Shown here piece by piece: positions 36,316 through 48,373 of a stretch of 64,000 nt of DNA. The stretch is taken from contig NW_005201392.1 in NCBI RefSeq assembly GCF_000372725.1, positions 66,521-130,520 of the forward strand, in the 5' to 3' direction. This stretch comes from Emiliania huxleyi CCMP1516 (Eukaryota). Below the pieces are notes generated by a model. That model ran no database searches. It was not told the origin of the DNA and saw only the letters and a list, made by a program, of their open reading frames with translations. Numbering within the stretch: the stretch's first letter is position 1; each line of letters opens with the position of its first letter. The position numbers and the translations under genes were made by a program.

Positions 36316-37719
36316 ATGACGAGCAATAACGCGACAGCGCCGACCGGCCCAGCGGCCAGCTCAACCGTCGATGACGCGCCCGCCGTCGCTGCCAGCGCAA
36401 GGGACAACGTGCTTGAGTACACGCTGTTCCGTCCGCTGATCTGCCCGCTTCTGGCGCCGCGCTCGCTGCATGCCTGTGCTCTGGCGCAGCGCGGGTGGAC
36501 CGCCATCCTGACTGACGCCTCGGTATGGCATCGATGGTGCCGCATGCTTCCGCCTTCGCCATCTGCGGCTTCGCCCAGTGCTGGTGGCTATGCCCTTTTC
36601 TCTCACCTCGCTGGCGTGCGCTGCAGTGTGAGTCTGCCGCTCCGGTTGGACAATGACGATGCCACGACAGTGCTCGAGCTCGATGCCGTGCAAGGCGAGT
36701 GGGCGCTCAGGCTGAAGAGTGACTCCGACGCGCTGCTGGATCTGGGCAGCAATTGGGACACGCTGACGACCCTGTTTGGGCGGTCGACGGGCGTACTGAG
36801 GAACGAGCTGCAGACGCGCCTTGGCGAACTTCTGATGGATGCGGAGTGGCTGCGCCGGCTCGGCAGGTTCCTTCCGTCGCACGACTATCAGGTGGCCGCC
36901 TTCCGGGCGCGTATTGAGATGGTCGAGGCGGCAGACGCCTTTACATTCCTCGACGGCCTGGCCAGCTGTCGACAGGCGTATGCTGGCCCGACGTTTGGTT
37001 GGCCCTACGTGTACCGCCACCGTGTACCGTACCGCGCCACGCACTGCCCGACCCACTTGCTGCTTGCGCCGCTGCACGAGCCTCACGACGCGGCCGCCGT
37101 CCGACGCTACGAGGATCAGATCCGAGAGGGCGCGCGCCCCGTCGTCCTCGCGCTGTGCTGCGGCCTGCCGTACAACCGCGAAGTCCACAGCGGCATGGAG
37201 GTCAATTCGCTCACCGGCTACATGTTCCACGACCGCGAGATTGCGAATCTGCGCGCCGTGCTTCAGCGGGCGGAAGGCGCGGCCGCCGCTGGCTACAACC
37301 GCTCGGCGGCAGCGGCCGCGGCGATGCGCGAATGGCTTGCAGAGTTCGTTGAGACTGCGTCGCAGAGTTTGCCAAGAAGCGCCGAGGAGCAGGCGGCGGA
37401 GCGGAGGGCCGCCCTCGACTGCCAAAACTTTGAGCATGGAAATGGACATTCGGACTTCCTGCGCGTCGGCCTGTGCCTCATCCTCGACGGGCACCACAAG
37501 CTGAGGGCGGCGGCCAACCTCAGGGCGCGAGGGTCCACCATCGGCGCCGCCGTGACGGTCCTGTGCTACGGGCTGCAAGGTGTGGCCATCACAAGCGACG
37601 CAGTGCCGATGGAGGCCTGTGGCGATGCTGACAACCTCTTCTTCGACTCCGAGGCGATCTACGAGGCGCTCGCGCACGTTTCTCCGCCTGCAGCAGTCCT
37701 AGGGTCGTCGACGTCGTGA
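36316..37719 (+). CDS. Intronless 467-aa protein with a possible F-box-like N-terminus and a ParB/sulfiredoxin-like C-terminal motif
   Basis: Uninterrupted ORF with normal composition. LICPLLAPRSLHACALAQRGW..D.SVW resembles an F-box; YEDQIREGARPVVLAL and LILDGHHKLRAA resemble the ParB/Srx DGHHR signature. Confidence 0.6.
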   Translation: MTSNNATAPTGPAASSTVDDAPAVAASARDNVLEYTLFRPLICPLLAPRSLHACALAQRGWTAILTDASVWHRWCRMLPPSPSAASPSAGGYALFSHLAGVRCSVSLPLRLDNDDATTVLELDAVQGEWALRLKSDSDALLDLGSNWDTLTTLFGRSTGVLRNELQTRLGELLMDAEWLRRLGRFLPSHDYQVAAFRARIEMVEAADAFTFLDGLASCRQAYAGPTFGWPYVYRHRVPYRATHCPTHLLLAPLHEPHDAAAVRRYEDQIREGARPVVLALCCGLPYNREVHSGMEVNSLTGYMFHDREIANLRAVLQRAEGAAAAGYNRSAAAAAAMREWLAEFVETASQSLPRSAEEQAAERRAALDCQNFEHGNGHSDFLRVGLCLILDGHHKLRAAANLRARGSTIGAAVTVLCYGLQGVAITSDAVPMEACGDADNLFFDSEAIYEALAHVSPPAAVLGSSTS

Positions 37720-37888
37720 CGTCCGCGCGCGCGGCCCCCCCCCACACAACACACTTTAAACGGTGTGCCCAGATTTGGCTGGAGGCTGGCCTTTTTACCC
37801 ATCTCACAGTAGAGGTGTCCCTTTTATTTATTTATTTATTTGGCCATTCGTTTGAGTTCTCGTCCTGAAAGGGTTAACGGAAGCGGAC

Positions 37889-39625
37889 CTACGCATCTTT
37901 ATTTTCATGCGTGCATGACGCGCGGCAGCGTGGCTGGCGGACGGCGTCCCCGCCCCCCGCCCCCACTGCGCTCCCAAACGACGACGACGGCGCGGAGGCA
38001 GAGCCAGAGGAGCGGCTGTCTTGGCAGGAGCGGAGCGCCTCGTCGAGGTGGCGCACCTCGATCGGCGGCGGCCCGGTGCCAACGTCGGCCGCCCCGCCGC
38101 CGCCCGCGCCACGCCGCAGCTCCTCCCGCCAGACGGCCGCCGCGTCGCACCACCCGGGCGACACCGCCGCGAGCAGGCGCGCCGCCGACGCGGCGGTGGC
38201 GCGGTCCGCGGCGGTGGAGGCGGAGAGCGGCGCCGCCGCCCAGAGCGGCGCCGCCGCCCGCGGCGTCGCCGCCTGCGCCGCCCCGGCGGCGGCCCCCCCC
38301 GCCTCCCTTGCCGCCGCGAGTTGCGCCGCGTTGAGGACCGCGCGCAGCTCGGCGCCCGAGTAGCCGGCCGTGGCCGCGGCGATGGCGGCGAGGCGGCGGA
38401 GTGAGGCGAGCGGCAGCCCGAGCGGGCGCGCGAGGGCGGCGAGGATGGCCAGCCGCTCCTCCTCGTCGGGCAAGCCGCACGCCACCGCCAAGTCGATCCG
38501 GCCGGGCCGGAGCAGGGCCTGATGGTTCAGCAACGGGTCAACTGACGAACGAGTTCATCAACGGAACAGCCCGGCCGAAGCAGAGGAACCGGGTCGATCA
38601 GCTCGGGGCGCGAGGAGGCTGCGAGCACAAACACGGCGCCGAGGGCCTCGACGCCGTCCAGGTGGCAGAGGAGGGGAGATGTGGGGAGATATGGGGAGAT
38701 ATGGGGAGATCTGCGTTGACCACGCGATCCGTCACGCCGGTCGAGTCGCAGCCGCGCGCGCGGCCGAGCGCCTTGCGAGAGACGTGTCGCGGACGCGTCA
38801 AGGACGCGTCCGCGGGGCGCGGCCGGCGCAGCGGCCGCACGCCTCGAACTCGTCGAAGAAGAGGAGGCACGGCGCGGCGGCGCTCGCCCTCGCGAACGTG
38901 TCGCGCACCTAACGTTGGCTGGTTCATTCACCATTCACCGAAGAATGCACTCGATGAGTGGACGGCCCTTTGCGGACGCGTACGCGCACCTTCGCCTCGG
39001 ACGCGCCGATGTACTTGTCCAGCAGCTCGGGCCCGGAGACGCGCTGATGAAGGGGAGACCTAACCAGGGAAATGTGGGGAGATGTGGGGAGGTATGGGGA
39101 GATCTGGGCCGCTGATGAAGGCGAGACCTAACAAGCGAAGGTCGCGCCGCCCATGGCAAAAGGAGGTCGGGCGCAGATGGCCAGGAAGAGGGGGGGGGCC
39201 GCTCTCAGCAGCGACGGCCCCCTTGCCAGCAACGTCTTGCCGCAGCCGGGAGGGCCGTGCAGCAGTGCGCCCGACCGGAGCCGGAGGGGCGCGGCCGCGA
39301 AGGAGGCGGGGTGGCGGAGCGGCAGCAGCACCGCCTGCGTCAGCGCCTCCTTGGCCTACGCCGTGGGCGGACAACCCGTGAGACGGGAGGACGGCCTCGT
39401 GCAGCGTACTCAGAGCACCGCGTGAAGGCGAGGGGCTGCGAAGACAGTGGATACGGCGGGGTGCGGCCGAGTACCGCGGAGGGCGTGTCCTCTCGAGAGA
39501 CTAGCCGTAGCATATCTCCCCACATCTCCCCACATCTCCCTGGGGAGAGGCTAGCCGGAGCACAAGGACAGTAGAAGCTTCCGCGTCTAGGCTCCCTTGC
39601 CGCAGCCATGCCGCCCACCCCTCGG
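37889..39625 (-). pseudogene. PEX1: PEX1-like AAA ATPase, only the second (D2) AAA module; 5'-truncated and frameshifted
   Basis: [112 protein letters not shown]. There is an apparent frameshift at ~39220 and a satellite insert at ~38672-38712 with no acceptor AG. Confidence 0.75.
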
Positions 39626-39954
39626 AAGCCAGGCAGCGCCCCTCCCTCCGGGCGAGGCAGCGGCTCCGGTCGCCTAGTTCATTCACGCACTGCTCAACGA
39701 ACGAAGTCATTAACGCGCTCACCGGCCGGAGGAGCGACGCCCAGACGCGCGGCGCGCGTGCGCGGCCGCCGCCGCGACGTCGGAAGCTACATCTCCCTGC
39801 CCGCCTTGATGAGGACATCAAGTGCTAGCTCCTTGGCGCACACGCAATCCTCCCTGCCTTTTGCGGGATGACCCGTGTGATGATGGCGTATGTGCTTCTC
39901 AAACCGATCAAAGCCAAGCAGCCTGGCATGTTTCTCCACATCGGTGAGCCGGTG

Positions 39955-40030
39955 TGTGTGCCAGTCCGCGCCAGTCCGCGCCCTTGTCGTGCCAGTGTGC
40001 TGTGAGAGAGGCTTGTGCCTTAAGAATTCT
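39955..40030 (-). repeat. Dispersed repeat family A, diverged copy
   Basis: Reverse complement AGAATTCTTAAGGCACAAGCCTCTCTCACAGCACACTGGCACGACAAGGGCGCGGACTGGCGCGGACTGGCACAC. Confidence 0.7.
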
Positions 40031-40140
40031 CCACATCGCGGCGTCTTGTCTGTGCCGACCGCCGAGCATAAATACCCCACCCCGGCGCCTCCGCGGCCTC
40101 CGCCGCCGACTCCGCCGCTAGTCGCCAAAACCCATCACGG

Positions 40141-41253
40141 ATGCCTCCGCGAGTCGCTGCCCTCGCCGTCTGCCTCCTAGCCTACTCCGCCGTGGGCCAG
40201 GACCCCGACAGGCGCGATGCCGCGATAAATTCGCCCGCGCACCAGGCGGCGATGGCGCGGCCGGTGGCAGAGTGCGAGGCGCTTGCGAAGCAGGACCGAC
40301 CCGGCCTCGACTTTACCGCCTGCCGAAATCTGCGCGGCGCGAATCTGGAGGGTCTAAACCTCGCCGAAGCGATCCTCGACTACGCCGACCTCACCGGCGC
40401 GAGGCTCGGGCGCGCCAACCTCATGCGCATCTCTGCGCAATACGCGAGCTTTGAGCGGATCAATGGGGAAGGCGTGAAGCTGGACGAGAGCGACCTACGA
40501 GGCACCACCTTTCGCAAAGCGAACCTGCAGTACGCCACAATGACGGGACCTGCCATCGCGCACGCCGACTTTTCTGACGCAGACCTTCGCCACGCAAACA
40601 TCCGCGCACTGTACGACGCCGACTCGGTCAATTTTGATCGCGTCGACCTGCGAGACACGACCGTGACCGACTGCCACCTGCACTACGGCTCGTTTGAGGA
40701 CGCCAAGCTGCAGGGCTCCAAGTATGAGGACATCTCCTTCTTCTTCTCCTTCTTTGGCGGCGCCACGTGGACGGGCGCGGTAATGAGCGACATGGGCTTC
40801 GAAGGCGGACGTCCAAGCCCCGCTGTGCTGCCCTCTCCCTGCTACTCTCCCTGCGCCGCCCCTCTGCCTCTCCTCCCTGCCGCCTCCCACGCCCCTCCGC
40901 TCCACTCGCCACCGCGTCGCCTTCGACGGGTATGGACAACTCTTACACTGATTGCCCTCTCCATACCTACGTTTCCTTTAGCCTTGCCTCACATACCTGC
41001 ACAGGCGCCAACCTGATGAACACCAACTTTGACGGCTGCACCCTCGACCAGGTCCGCTGGGCGGGCGCAGTGATGAGCCAGTCCACCTTCCGGTGGACGC
41101 ACCTCAAGGAGGCGCAGCTCTCGAAGGCAAGGTGCTCATACTGCGACTTCGAGGCGCGCCACCAAAGAGTGAGGACAGACAGAGACACGACACAGACAGA
41201 CTGAGAGACAGAGAGACAGACAGACAGAGAGACGGACAGACGGACAGACGGAG

Positions 41254-41326
<73 letters not shown>

Positions 41327-41927
41327 CCGACCGACCGACCGACTCTCAATCTCCATATGGCTGCTCCCACCACAACAGCCCTGCACAATAGGGGGCTAAC
41401 CTTGCCCTCTCTGATCTGAGCGGCGCGATGCTCGACTACGCTTCCTTCGACAGGGCCGTGCTGACCGACGCAAATTTCCAGTGCACGCCAGCGTGGCCCG
41501 CTGCCCGGCCCTACTTCTTTCTTCGCATCGGCGACTTTCCCTTCTCTAGGCACGCCAGCGTGAGCAGGGCGAGCTTCTCCGACGCCGTCGGCATCGACAA
41601 GGCCCCCCCCCCCCCCTGCCCCCTCTGCCCCCTCTGCCCCTGACACTCTCACAAACGAATTCTTCCCAGCTCTCCCCCCAACATGGCCCCCCAAGCTCCT
41701 CGCTGTCGCTGCCCAGTTTGCTGCCCCCACAGCCCCTGCCCTCACCGCCTCCCACCGCCCGTCAAGGCGGACCTGAGCGATGTCAAGGGCGACCCGATCG
41801 GCGTCGATTGCAGGGAATCGTGCTGCGCGTGCGCGCACCCCGCCGGCGCCGCCGCGCAACCTTACGACCCGCATGGATACGGCACCCCGGCCGCGCTCCT
41901 GCAGCAAATGAAGCGCATGAAAGGTTA
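40141..41927 (+). CDS. Secreted or organelle-targeted pentapeptide-repeat protein, multi-exon
   Basis: Signal-like MPPRVAALAVCLLAYSAVG, then A[DN]Lxx repeats (NLRGANLEGLNLAEAILDYADLTGARLGRANL), continuing in exons at ~41004-41152, ~41420-41480, ~41530-41600 and ~41767-41927. Confidence 0.8.
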
Positions 41928-42765
41928 AAGCAACCAAGCGCGGCGGGCGGGGAGGGGGCAGGCAGGGGGCAAAGGCCGAGGGCAAAGGCCAAACAAAGCC
42001 GTGTCAGACGTGACGGCTCAAGGACGGTGCAGTCGTCTCGCTGGTTGACTATCTTGGTGGTTGGTCGGCGCTACATGCACATGTGCATGTGCATGTATGT
42101 CGTTTCGGTCGGGAATTTTAAATTCGGCAGCTGAACAACACAAACAACATCTCTCTCTCTCTCTCTCTGAGCTGAAGGCAGATCGGACCAAAGGGACGGC
42201 TTTACCACGCACGACCAGCGGTGCACTGGCAGGAGCCATACTCGCATAGGGGACGCGTGCTAGCTGACTGTAGCCGGCTTCCCGGCCTCCGGCGTGTCTA
42301 CCTGGAGCCTCCCGGACCATCGACCTCGGGAGCTCTCCCGCACCGTTTAAGCGTTTAAGACCGTTTAAGGAATTGGCGGCCCAGCAGCTCTTAAAACTTG
42401 CCATGGCAAGTTTTAAGCCGTTTAAGCCGCAGGCGCCCCAGGGCCCACCCTTTTAAGCCTAGGGGTCCCCTAAGAATGCTGACTTTTCTACACTATCTCC
42501 GACACTGTCGATCGAAAAATTGGAAAAAATCCGACAACGCGCTCATGTTCCTGAGATGCATTGCGCATCCTCAGATGCCACATTGCATCCTGGGATGCAT
42601 GGACTAACCCAAGATGAGGTTATCATCTCGGCACACTTGTGCGTCTGAATACGACTGCAGTATCTGAGATGTCATGTATCGCGCGCCTTGCGGGGGGGGC
42701 GCGGAAAAGAGGAACCTCTTAGCGCCATCGCCACGGTGCTGCATGCAGCGCCGGGCGACGACGGC

Positions 42766-43000
42766 TTACCGCCTCCCGGTCCCCCTCGGCACACCTCCGC
42801 TGCTCAATGTTTGACGGCTCGAACCCGTGAAGCTTCCCCGCGCGCGGGTTACCCCGTCACGGGCTATCAAAAGACGCGGGGCACCGTCGAGCTTGCAGAA
42901 GGGCTCAGGCACAGTCCACTGCATCACTCTGGTCTCGGTGTTGTAGTACCACTTCCGGCCGTCCGCCTTGACGTACTTCTTCCAGACTCCCTCCTGCGGC
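42766..43000 (-). CDS. WW-domain exon (gene fragment or small gene)
   Basis: EGVWKKYVKADGRKWYYNTETRVMQWTVP, a canonical WW signature, preceded by a CAG acceptor. Confidence 0.7.
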
Positions 43001-44266
43001 GGCAGAGGAGGGGCGCGGAGGCGAGTTGACGGCAGAGGAGGGGCGCGGAGGCGAGTTGAGAGACGAGAGTTTGGAGCGCGCTGTCTGCGCGGCGGTAGGC
43101 AAGGCGTGGCGGCTCGCCTGCCGCCCCTCCTTGCCCCCCTTTCTCGAGCGACATCTCGGCAAGGCCGGAGAGCTGGCTCATCCCCGCCAAGCTCGCGGGG
43201 CACGGGCTCGGGATAACCGTGCGGTGGCCGGGATAACCGTGCGGTGGCCATGGGCACGGCGGCGAGTCGTGAGAGGCGCTCGCCCTGCTGCGCTCGGCCT
43301 CGAGAGACTCGCGCGACGCCATCATCTTCCAGGGAGGGGAGGGTGCAGATGGTGATTCGCGTAGTTAGTTGGTGGGCCGCATACGCCGGCGGAATGTGCT
43401 ATGCGATAGCATTGTGGCGCAGGCTGAGTCGATCTGCGGGCGGCTCCAGGTGATATCCAGGAACCGAAAGCTTCAGCTGGCTGGAAAAACCCGTGTGAAA
43501 AAAGAAATACCAAAACCTCGAGCTGATGGTCAAAGGTCAAGGCCGAGATCCAGGCCTCCCTGTCGAGATCCCCCCCCCCCCCCTCCCTCGCCGCCCCCCT
43601 GCCCTCTTGCCCCGCGCCCCGCTGCCGCACGAAAAAAGAAATTGGGGGCGGACTCGACAGGGATCGCGATGGTAATCGCAGCTTCTATAGAGAGCGCAGT
43701 TGTGAGTCAGTCGCCGATGATCACCCACCGCTGCGGGGTAGCGTCCCCCCTCGTCAATGTCGTCCGTCGCGCCGGGATCTGTGGGAGCGACGGCGTCGCC
43801 CAGTTGGCGGCAGGCCCAGTGAGGTAGTGCACCAGACCTGTCCCGGATCCCGCTGAACAAGCTCCTCTTGTAGCTCGATCGGTCACCACCGCCATCACCG
43901 TCGAGGAGAGGGGGGACGACACTGCTTCGGCAGCGTGCACCTCGATCCGGTACCGTGTTCGTTATGACCCCCCCCCAATGAACACTCCAGTGAGGGAGGG
44001 CGAGACGATCGAGGGGTCCCGTACCACGCGGAATCGACCCTATCCAGCCTTCAAGTGCTCAACAAACCCAGCCATCTTTCTGCGAACATGGCGCCACAGC
44101 GCGTGGATAGGCTTCTCCCTCCGCTCTTCAGCGGGTTCATTTCTCCGGCGCAAGACTTCTTCGCGGACGTCAGTAAAGAACTTTGCGAGTGAACAAGAAG
44201 AGTCCCCGTGTTGCATGTCTGACTGTCACTGTGCTATTTCGGGGCCCGGGGTTGTGCGTTTATGGG

Positions 44267-44350
44267 CGGGTGTGCGGGATGTTTGTGGGCCCGAGAGCGA
44301 TGTGTCATGTCCGCCTTGCGTTTGTTTCATAACATCGAAGGCTAAGCTCA
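44267..44350 (+). repeat. Dispersed repeat family C, copy
   Basis: GTGTGCGGGATGT.TGTGGGCCCGAGAGCGAT.TG.CATGTCCGCCTTGCGTTTGTTTCATAACATCGAAGGCTAAGCTC also at 57387-57470, with partial copies at 56646-56683 and 1741-1760. Confidence 0.9.
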
Positions 44351-44422
44351 CAAGAATTTTACGACGGAAGTTTACGGTCTAAAAGCTCGGAAGTCGAAAA
44401 TGGACGCCACTGGAGCTCCATC

Positions 44423-44680
44423 ATGGACGTCGTGCTGCGCAACGTGCCCACCGCCCTGACGGAGGACGAAGTTGCGGCGGCGCTCCAAGCGCAGGGACTC
44501 TCCGTTCGGAGCGTGACTCGCTTCACCCGCACCGCCCGCGGCAAGCCTCCGAAGGCGCTGCCGCTGTGCCGTGTGGCTTGCTCAGACGGCAGCAGCGTCG
44601 AAGGGCTGCTCGCGTCGGGAGCAGAAATCGCGAGCGTGACGTGCACCGCCGAGCCTGCGGTGCGCACCGCCGACAGCGCC
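44423..44680 (+). mobile_element. RRM-like fragment resembling the ORF1 (gag-like) domain of non-LTR retrotransposons
   Basis: VVLRNVPTALTEDEVAAALQAQGLSVRSVTRF..GKPPKALPLCRV resembles the Jockey/I-type ORF1 RRM (PRE_C2HC-like) pattern. No zinc knuckle or RT follows. Confidence 0.4.
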
Positions 44681-45139
44681 GCCGCTCGAGGCTGGCAAGC
44701 TTCTGCGCCGCCGGAGCCGCAGGCAGCTGCTGCGCTCGGGCGGGAGCGCGAGAAGGAGGGCCGCCGCGACCGCGGCCGCGGCCGACATCGGATTCTCACC
44801 TGCTCTCGGTCCCGACGTTGTGACTGTGCAAATCAGGGCATGACGGCATTCACGCACAACGGGGGGGGGAGCTCTAGCACCGCGTCCGCTCGCGCGCGAC
44901 ATCATCCACAGGCAGCGAGGTTGTCATGTGGCACAGGTGCACAAATTGCAATCGCTACCCACGAGATCTCCAGAGCAACCCTCGGGAGACTCGGACAGCA
45001 CCCGGCCCTCCGGAGTTACCCTATATCTTGCAACCCTGCGCGCGGGCTGGTGCCCTGTCGGGGTGGAGCGCACCGCTGCCAACGACGAGCTTATCCTCGC
45101 AAATGGCCGAGCCCGGCCCGATCACGACGCGCAGGCCGT

Positions 45140-45712
45140 GCGTGAGGCGCTGGGCCTTCGTCCACGCGCGCGACGGCTTCGTGCGCGAGCTCGACGGCGA
45201 GATGACGCGCGCGGCCGCGCAAGCCGTCGTCGCGCGCGACAACGCGGGCCGGCGGCGCGGCGACCGCTTCGAGTGCGTGCCGCTCGCGCGCTGCGGCGAC
45301 CGCGCCGCCGCGCCGGCCGCGACGCCGCGCGACGCGGACGCGCTGCTCGCGGAGCACGCGCGCCGCGGCGGCGCGCCCGGCGACACCTACCTCGAGCTCG
45401 GCGCGCGCGCGTCGTGCCGGCCGAGGCCGCGTCGCTCGCCGCGCTCCTCGAGCGCGAGCCGCGCTTCACGCAGCTCGGCCTCTCGCAGAACGAGTCCTTC
45501 GGCGCGGCGGGCGTCGCCGCGCTCGGCGGCGCGTGCCTCGCGCGCGCCGGCGGCGCGGCGTCGTCGCGCCTCGTCGGCCTCTTCCTCTCGCGCTGCGCCG
45601 CGGGCGCGGCGGGCGCGGTCGCGCTGTGCGCCGCGCTCCGCGCGCCCGGCGCGTGCCCGCGCGTCGCGCGGCTCGGCTTCAACTTCAACGACGTCGGCGA
45701 CGACGCCTTCGG
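45140..45712 (+). pseudogene. Leucine-rich-repeat (RI-like) gene fragment with a frameshift
   Basis: FTQLGLSQNESFGAAGVAAL, LVGLFLSRCAAGAAGAVAL, VARLGFNFNDVGDDAF; the frame changes at ~45410 and the segment ends abruptly. Confidence 0.6.
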
Positions 45713-46015
45713 ACGGAGGACCAGGCAGGACGTTCGGCTGGGCTGGGAGAGCACCGCGCGATTGGCAGCGGGGGCCGCGGTTAGACACGCTCGAGCGACA
45801 CACAGACACACACAGCTCACAAGATACACTCGGAACCGGGGTGCTTCGTGATGTGAATAATTTTGACCGGCCGGACGGAAGGTCGCCTGGGACCTCTCGT
45901 TTCCTTTTTGGTTTCCGGAAACATGGCTACAGGCCAACAGCCCCCCCCCCCCCCCCCTCCGGGCGCCAAATCATCACCATGCCATGCTTTTCAAGCGCCG
46001 CGTACCGCTTGCCCG

Positions 46016-46395
46016 TCAAAGATCCCAGCAGTCCTTGCCCGCACACGAGTACCACGCCATCAACGCTGCGTGGAGCTGTGGTACCTCACCGATGGCACCC
46101 GCCTGGGCGTGGGGTCCATAGACCAGGTTGTTCATCGACCACGGGTCGGTGTCCATATCGTACAGCTCTCGAAAGTCTGGGCTGGAAAAGTTGACATCGG
46201 CCGTGCGCTGGCTGCCCGTCTGAAATTCTGCGTACAGCACATTGGAACGACCAGCAGTGCTACCTCGCAAGGCGATGTAATTGTTGGATTCGGACTGTAT
46301 CGGATAGCACTCATCGGAGCAGAGCGGTCCATACCACGAGTATGCATCCTCTGACCAACACATCTCGTTGGGTGTTGCCTTCAGGTCGATGCTAA
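46016..46395 (-). pseudogene. C-terminal fragment of a sulfatase (N-acetylglucosamine-6-sulfatase/arylsulfatase-like)
   Basis: NNYIALR..NVLYAEF..FRELYDMDTDPWSMNNL..LMAWYSCAGKDC. No upstream catalytic CxPSR exon fits before the ADA gene. Confidence 0.65.
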
Positions 46396-46792
46396 GGGCA
46401 GCCCCAGGGTGCCGCCCACCCCAATACCCTCTGGCACTTGCCTGCGCCCTGGCCGCGCATGCCGCCACGCCCTCCACGCGACTAGTTGCAAAAAGTCTGT
46501 TCAAAAACCCTCAAAAACTACCCAAAACGCTGTCACGGCCAGCTCGGCACTATCTACTCAAAAAAAGTGACGTAGAGCACCCACTTTTTAAGCGTTCCGT
46601 GCACACACAAGGTCCGCCTGCGTGCACCGCCAGCTTCTCAGGGCCATCGCGCGAAAAACGACGGAGGAGATGCATCCTAGCTGTCGCCAGATCCGCACGT
46701 ACCTAGGCTCGTGGGAGTGGCGCGCGACTCTTCACAACGAACGTAATTTTGACCACCCAGGCCGGACGGAAGGTCCCTGCGCAGCTCTCTCG

Positions 46793-48373
46793 ATGGCCTC
46801 CATGGTAGACTATCCACAGGGGGGCACGCGTATAGCCTACTCCCAGACGTGTGCGGCGGCCGGCGTCAGCGAGGACTTCCTCCGCGCCATGCCCAAGACC
46901 GACCTCCACGTCCACCTTGACGGAAGCCTCCGCGTGTCAACGCTCATCGAGCTGGCTGCGGAGGCACCCGATGTAGCTGAGAGTATGTCAGAGAGGAGAG
47001 TTGAGGAGATTCCTCTGAGTTGCAGGCGGGCGTCTCGCTGCCGTCGACGTCGGAGGCGGAGCTGCGGAAGACGGTCTTCCGGCCGCAATACGCCGACCTC
47101 AACGAGTACCTCGCCGGCTTCATGTACACCACAGCGGTGATGAAGACGGCCGCGGCGTGCGAGCGGGTCGCTTTTGAGTTTGCGGAGGACGAGTTCTCCG
47201 AGGGAGTGAGGTACTTTGAGGTGAGGTTTGCGCCGCAGCTGCTCTCGTCTCTCGACCCCAAGGATGACTTCTCGATCCGCGACGTGCTCCTGGCAGTGGA
47301 CCGCGGGCTACGGAAGGCGCGCGACGAGTTCAACGCCTCCCTCAAGCAGGCGCAGAGCGCGACGCCTCCGACGCGCGTGGGCGAGCCGCCCTACGAGTAC
47401 GGCATCATCTGCTCTGCAATGCGCCTCTTCTTCCCAGGCATGTCGCGCTTCTACGACGGCCTGCACGCGATGCACCCCGACGAGCCGAAAGAGGCTCTGT
47501 CCAGCATGGCGAGCGTGATCATGGTCCAGGCGGCGATCAAGTCGCGCGACCTCGACGGCGTCCCCATCGTCGGCGTCGACATCGCCGGAGCTGAGCTCGA
47601 CAATGAGGCGATGGTCCACACCAAGGTTTGCCCTCCCCCACGCTTCATCGCTCTCCTCTTCGCGTCTCCTGCCTCCTCGCCCGCCTCTGACCTCACGCCC
47701 CCACTCCGAGGCGTTTGCGCTCGCGCACGAGAACTTCCTCTGCAAGACGGTGCATGCGGGCGAGGCGTTTGGTCCGGAGTCGATTGCGCAGGCGGTGCAG
47801 TTCCTGCACGCGGAGCGGATCGGCCATGGCTTCCACCTCTTCTCGACCGAGAGGGAGCACTTCTCCCCCGCCTTCAACCAGCAGGACGACCGCGAGGAGG
47901 CGGCCGCCGCGTACGTCCGCCAGATGGTCAAGTGGGTGGGCGACAAGCGGATCACCATGGAGGTCTGCCTCACCTCGAACCTCAACACCATGCCGGGGCT
48001 CAAGCTCGAGGACCACGCTTTCCGCAGGATGCTCGACGCAAAGGTGTCGGCGACGCTGGCCACCGACAACCGGCTCGTCTCCAACACCACGACGGTCAAC
48101 GAGTTCGCCATGGCGGTGTCCACCTTCGACATGACCCTCGAGCAGCTGCGCGACGTGGTGTGCGCCGGCTTCAAGCGATCGTTCTATCCCGGAGATTACA
48201 ATGAGCGCCGCGCCTACGTCAAGCAGGCAATGGACTGACCCTCTCCATCGGACAGAAGGACAGCTGTGAACACACACACACACACACACACACAAGAGAG
48301 CTGTGAACAGGCGATGGCATACTTCGACCAGCTCGTCGCCACAAATCTCAAGCCTCCGGCGCCAGCCGCGTGA
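46793..48373 (+). CDS. ADA: Adenosine/adenine deaminase, 4 exons
   Basis: MPKTDLHVHLDGSLR; GVRYFEVRFAP; GVDIAGAE; TVHAGEAFG; ERIGHG; EVCLTSN; LATDNRLVS. Confidence 0.93.
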
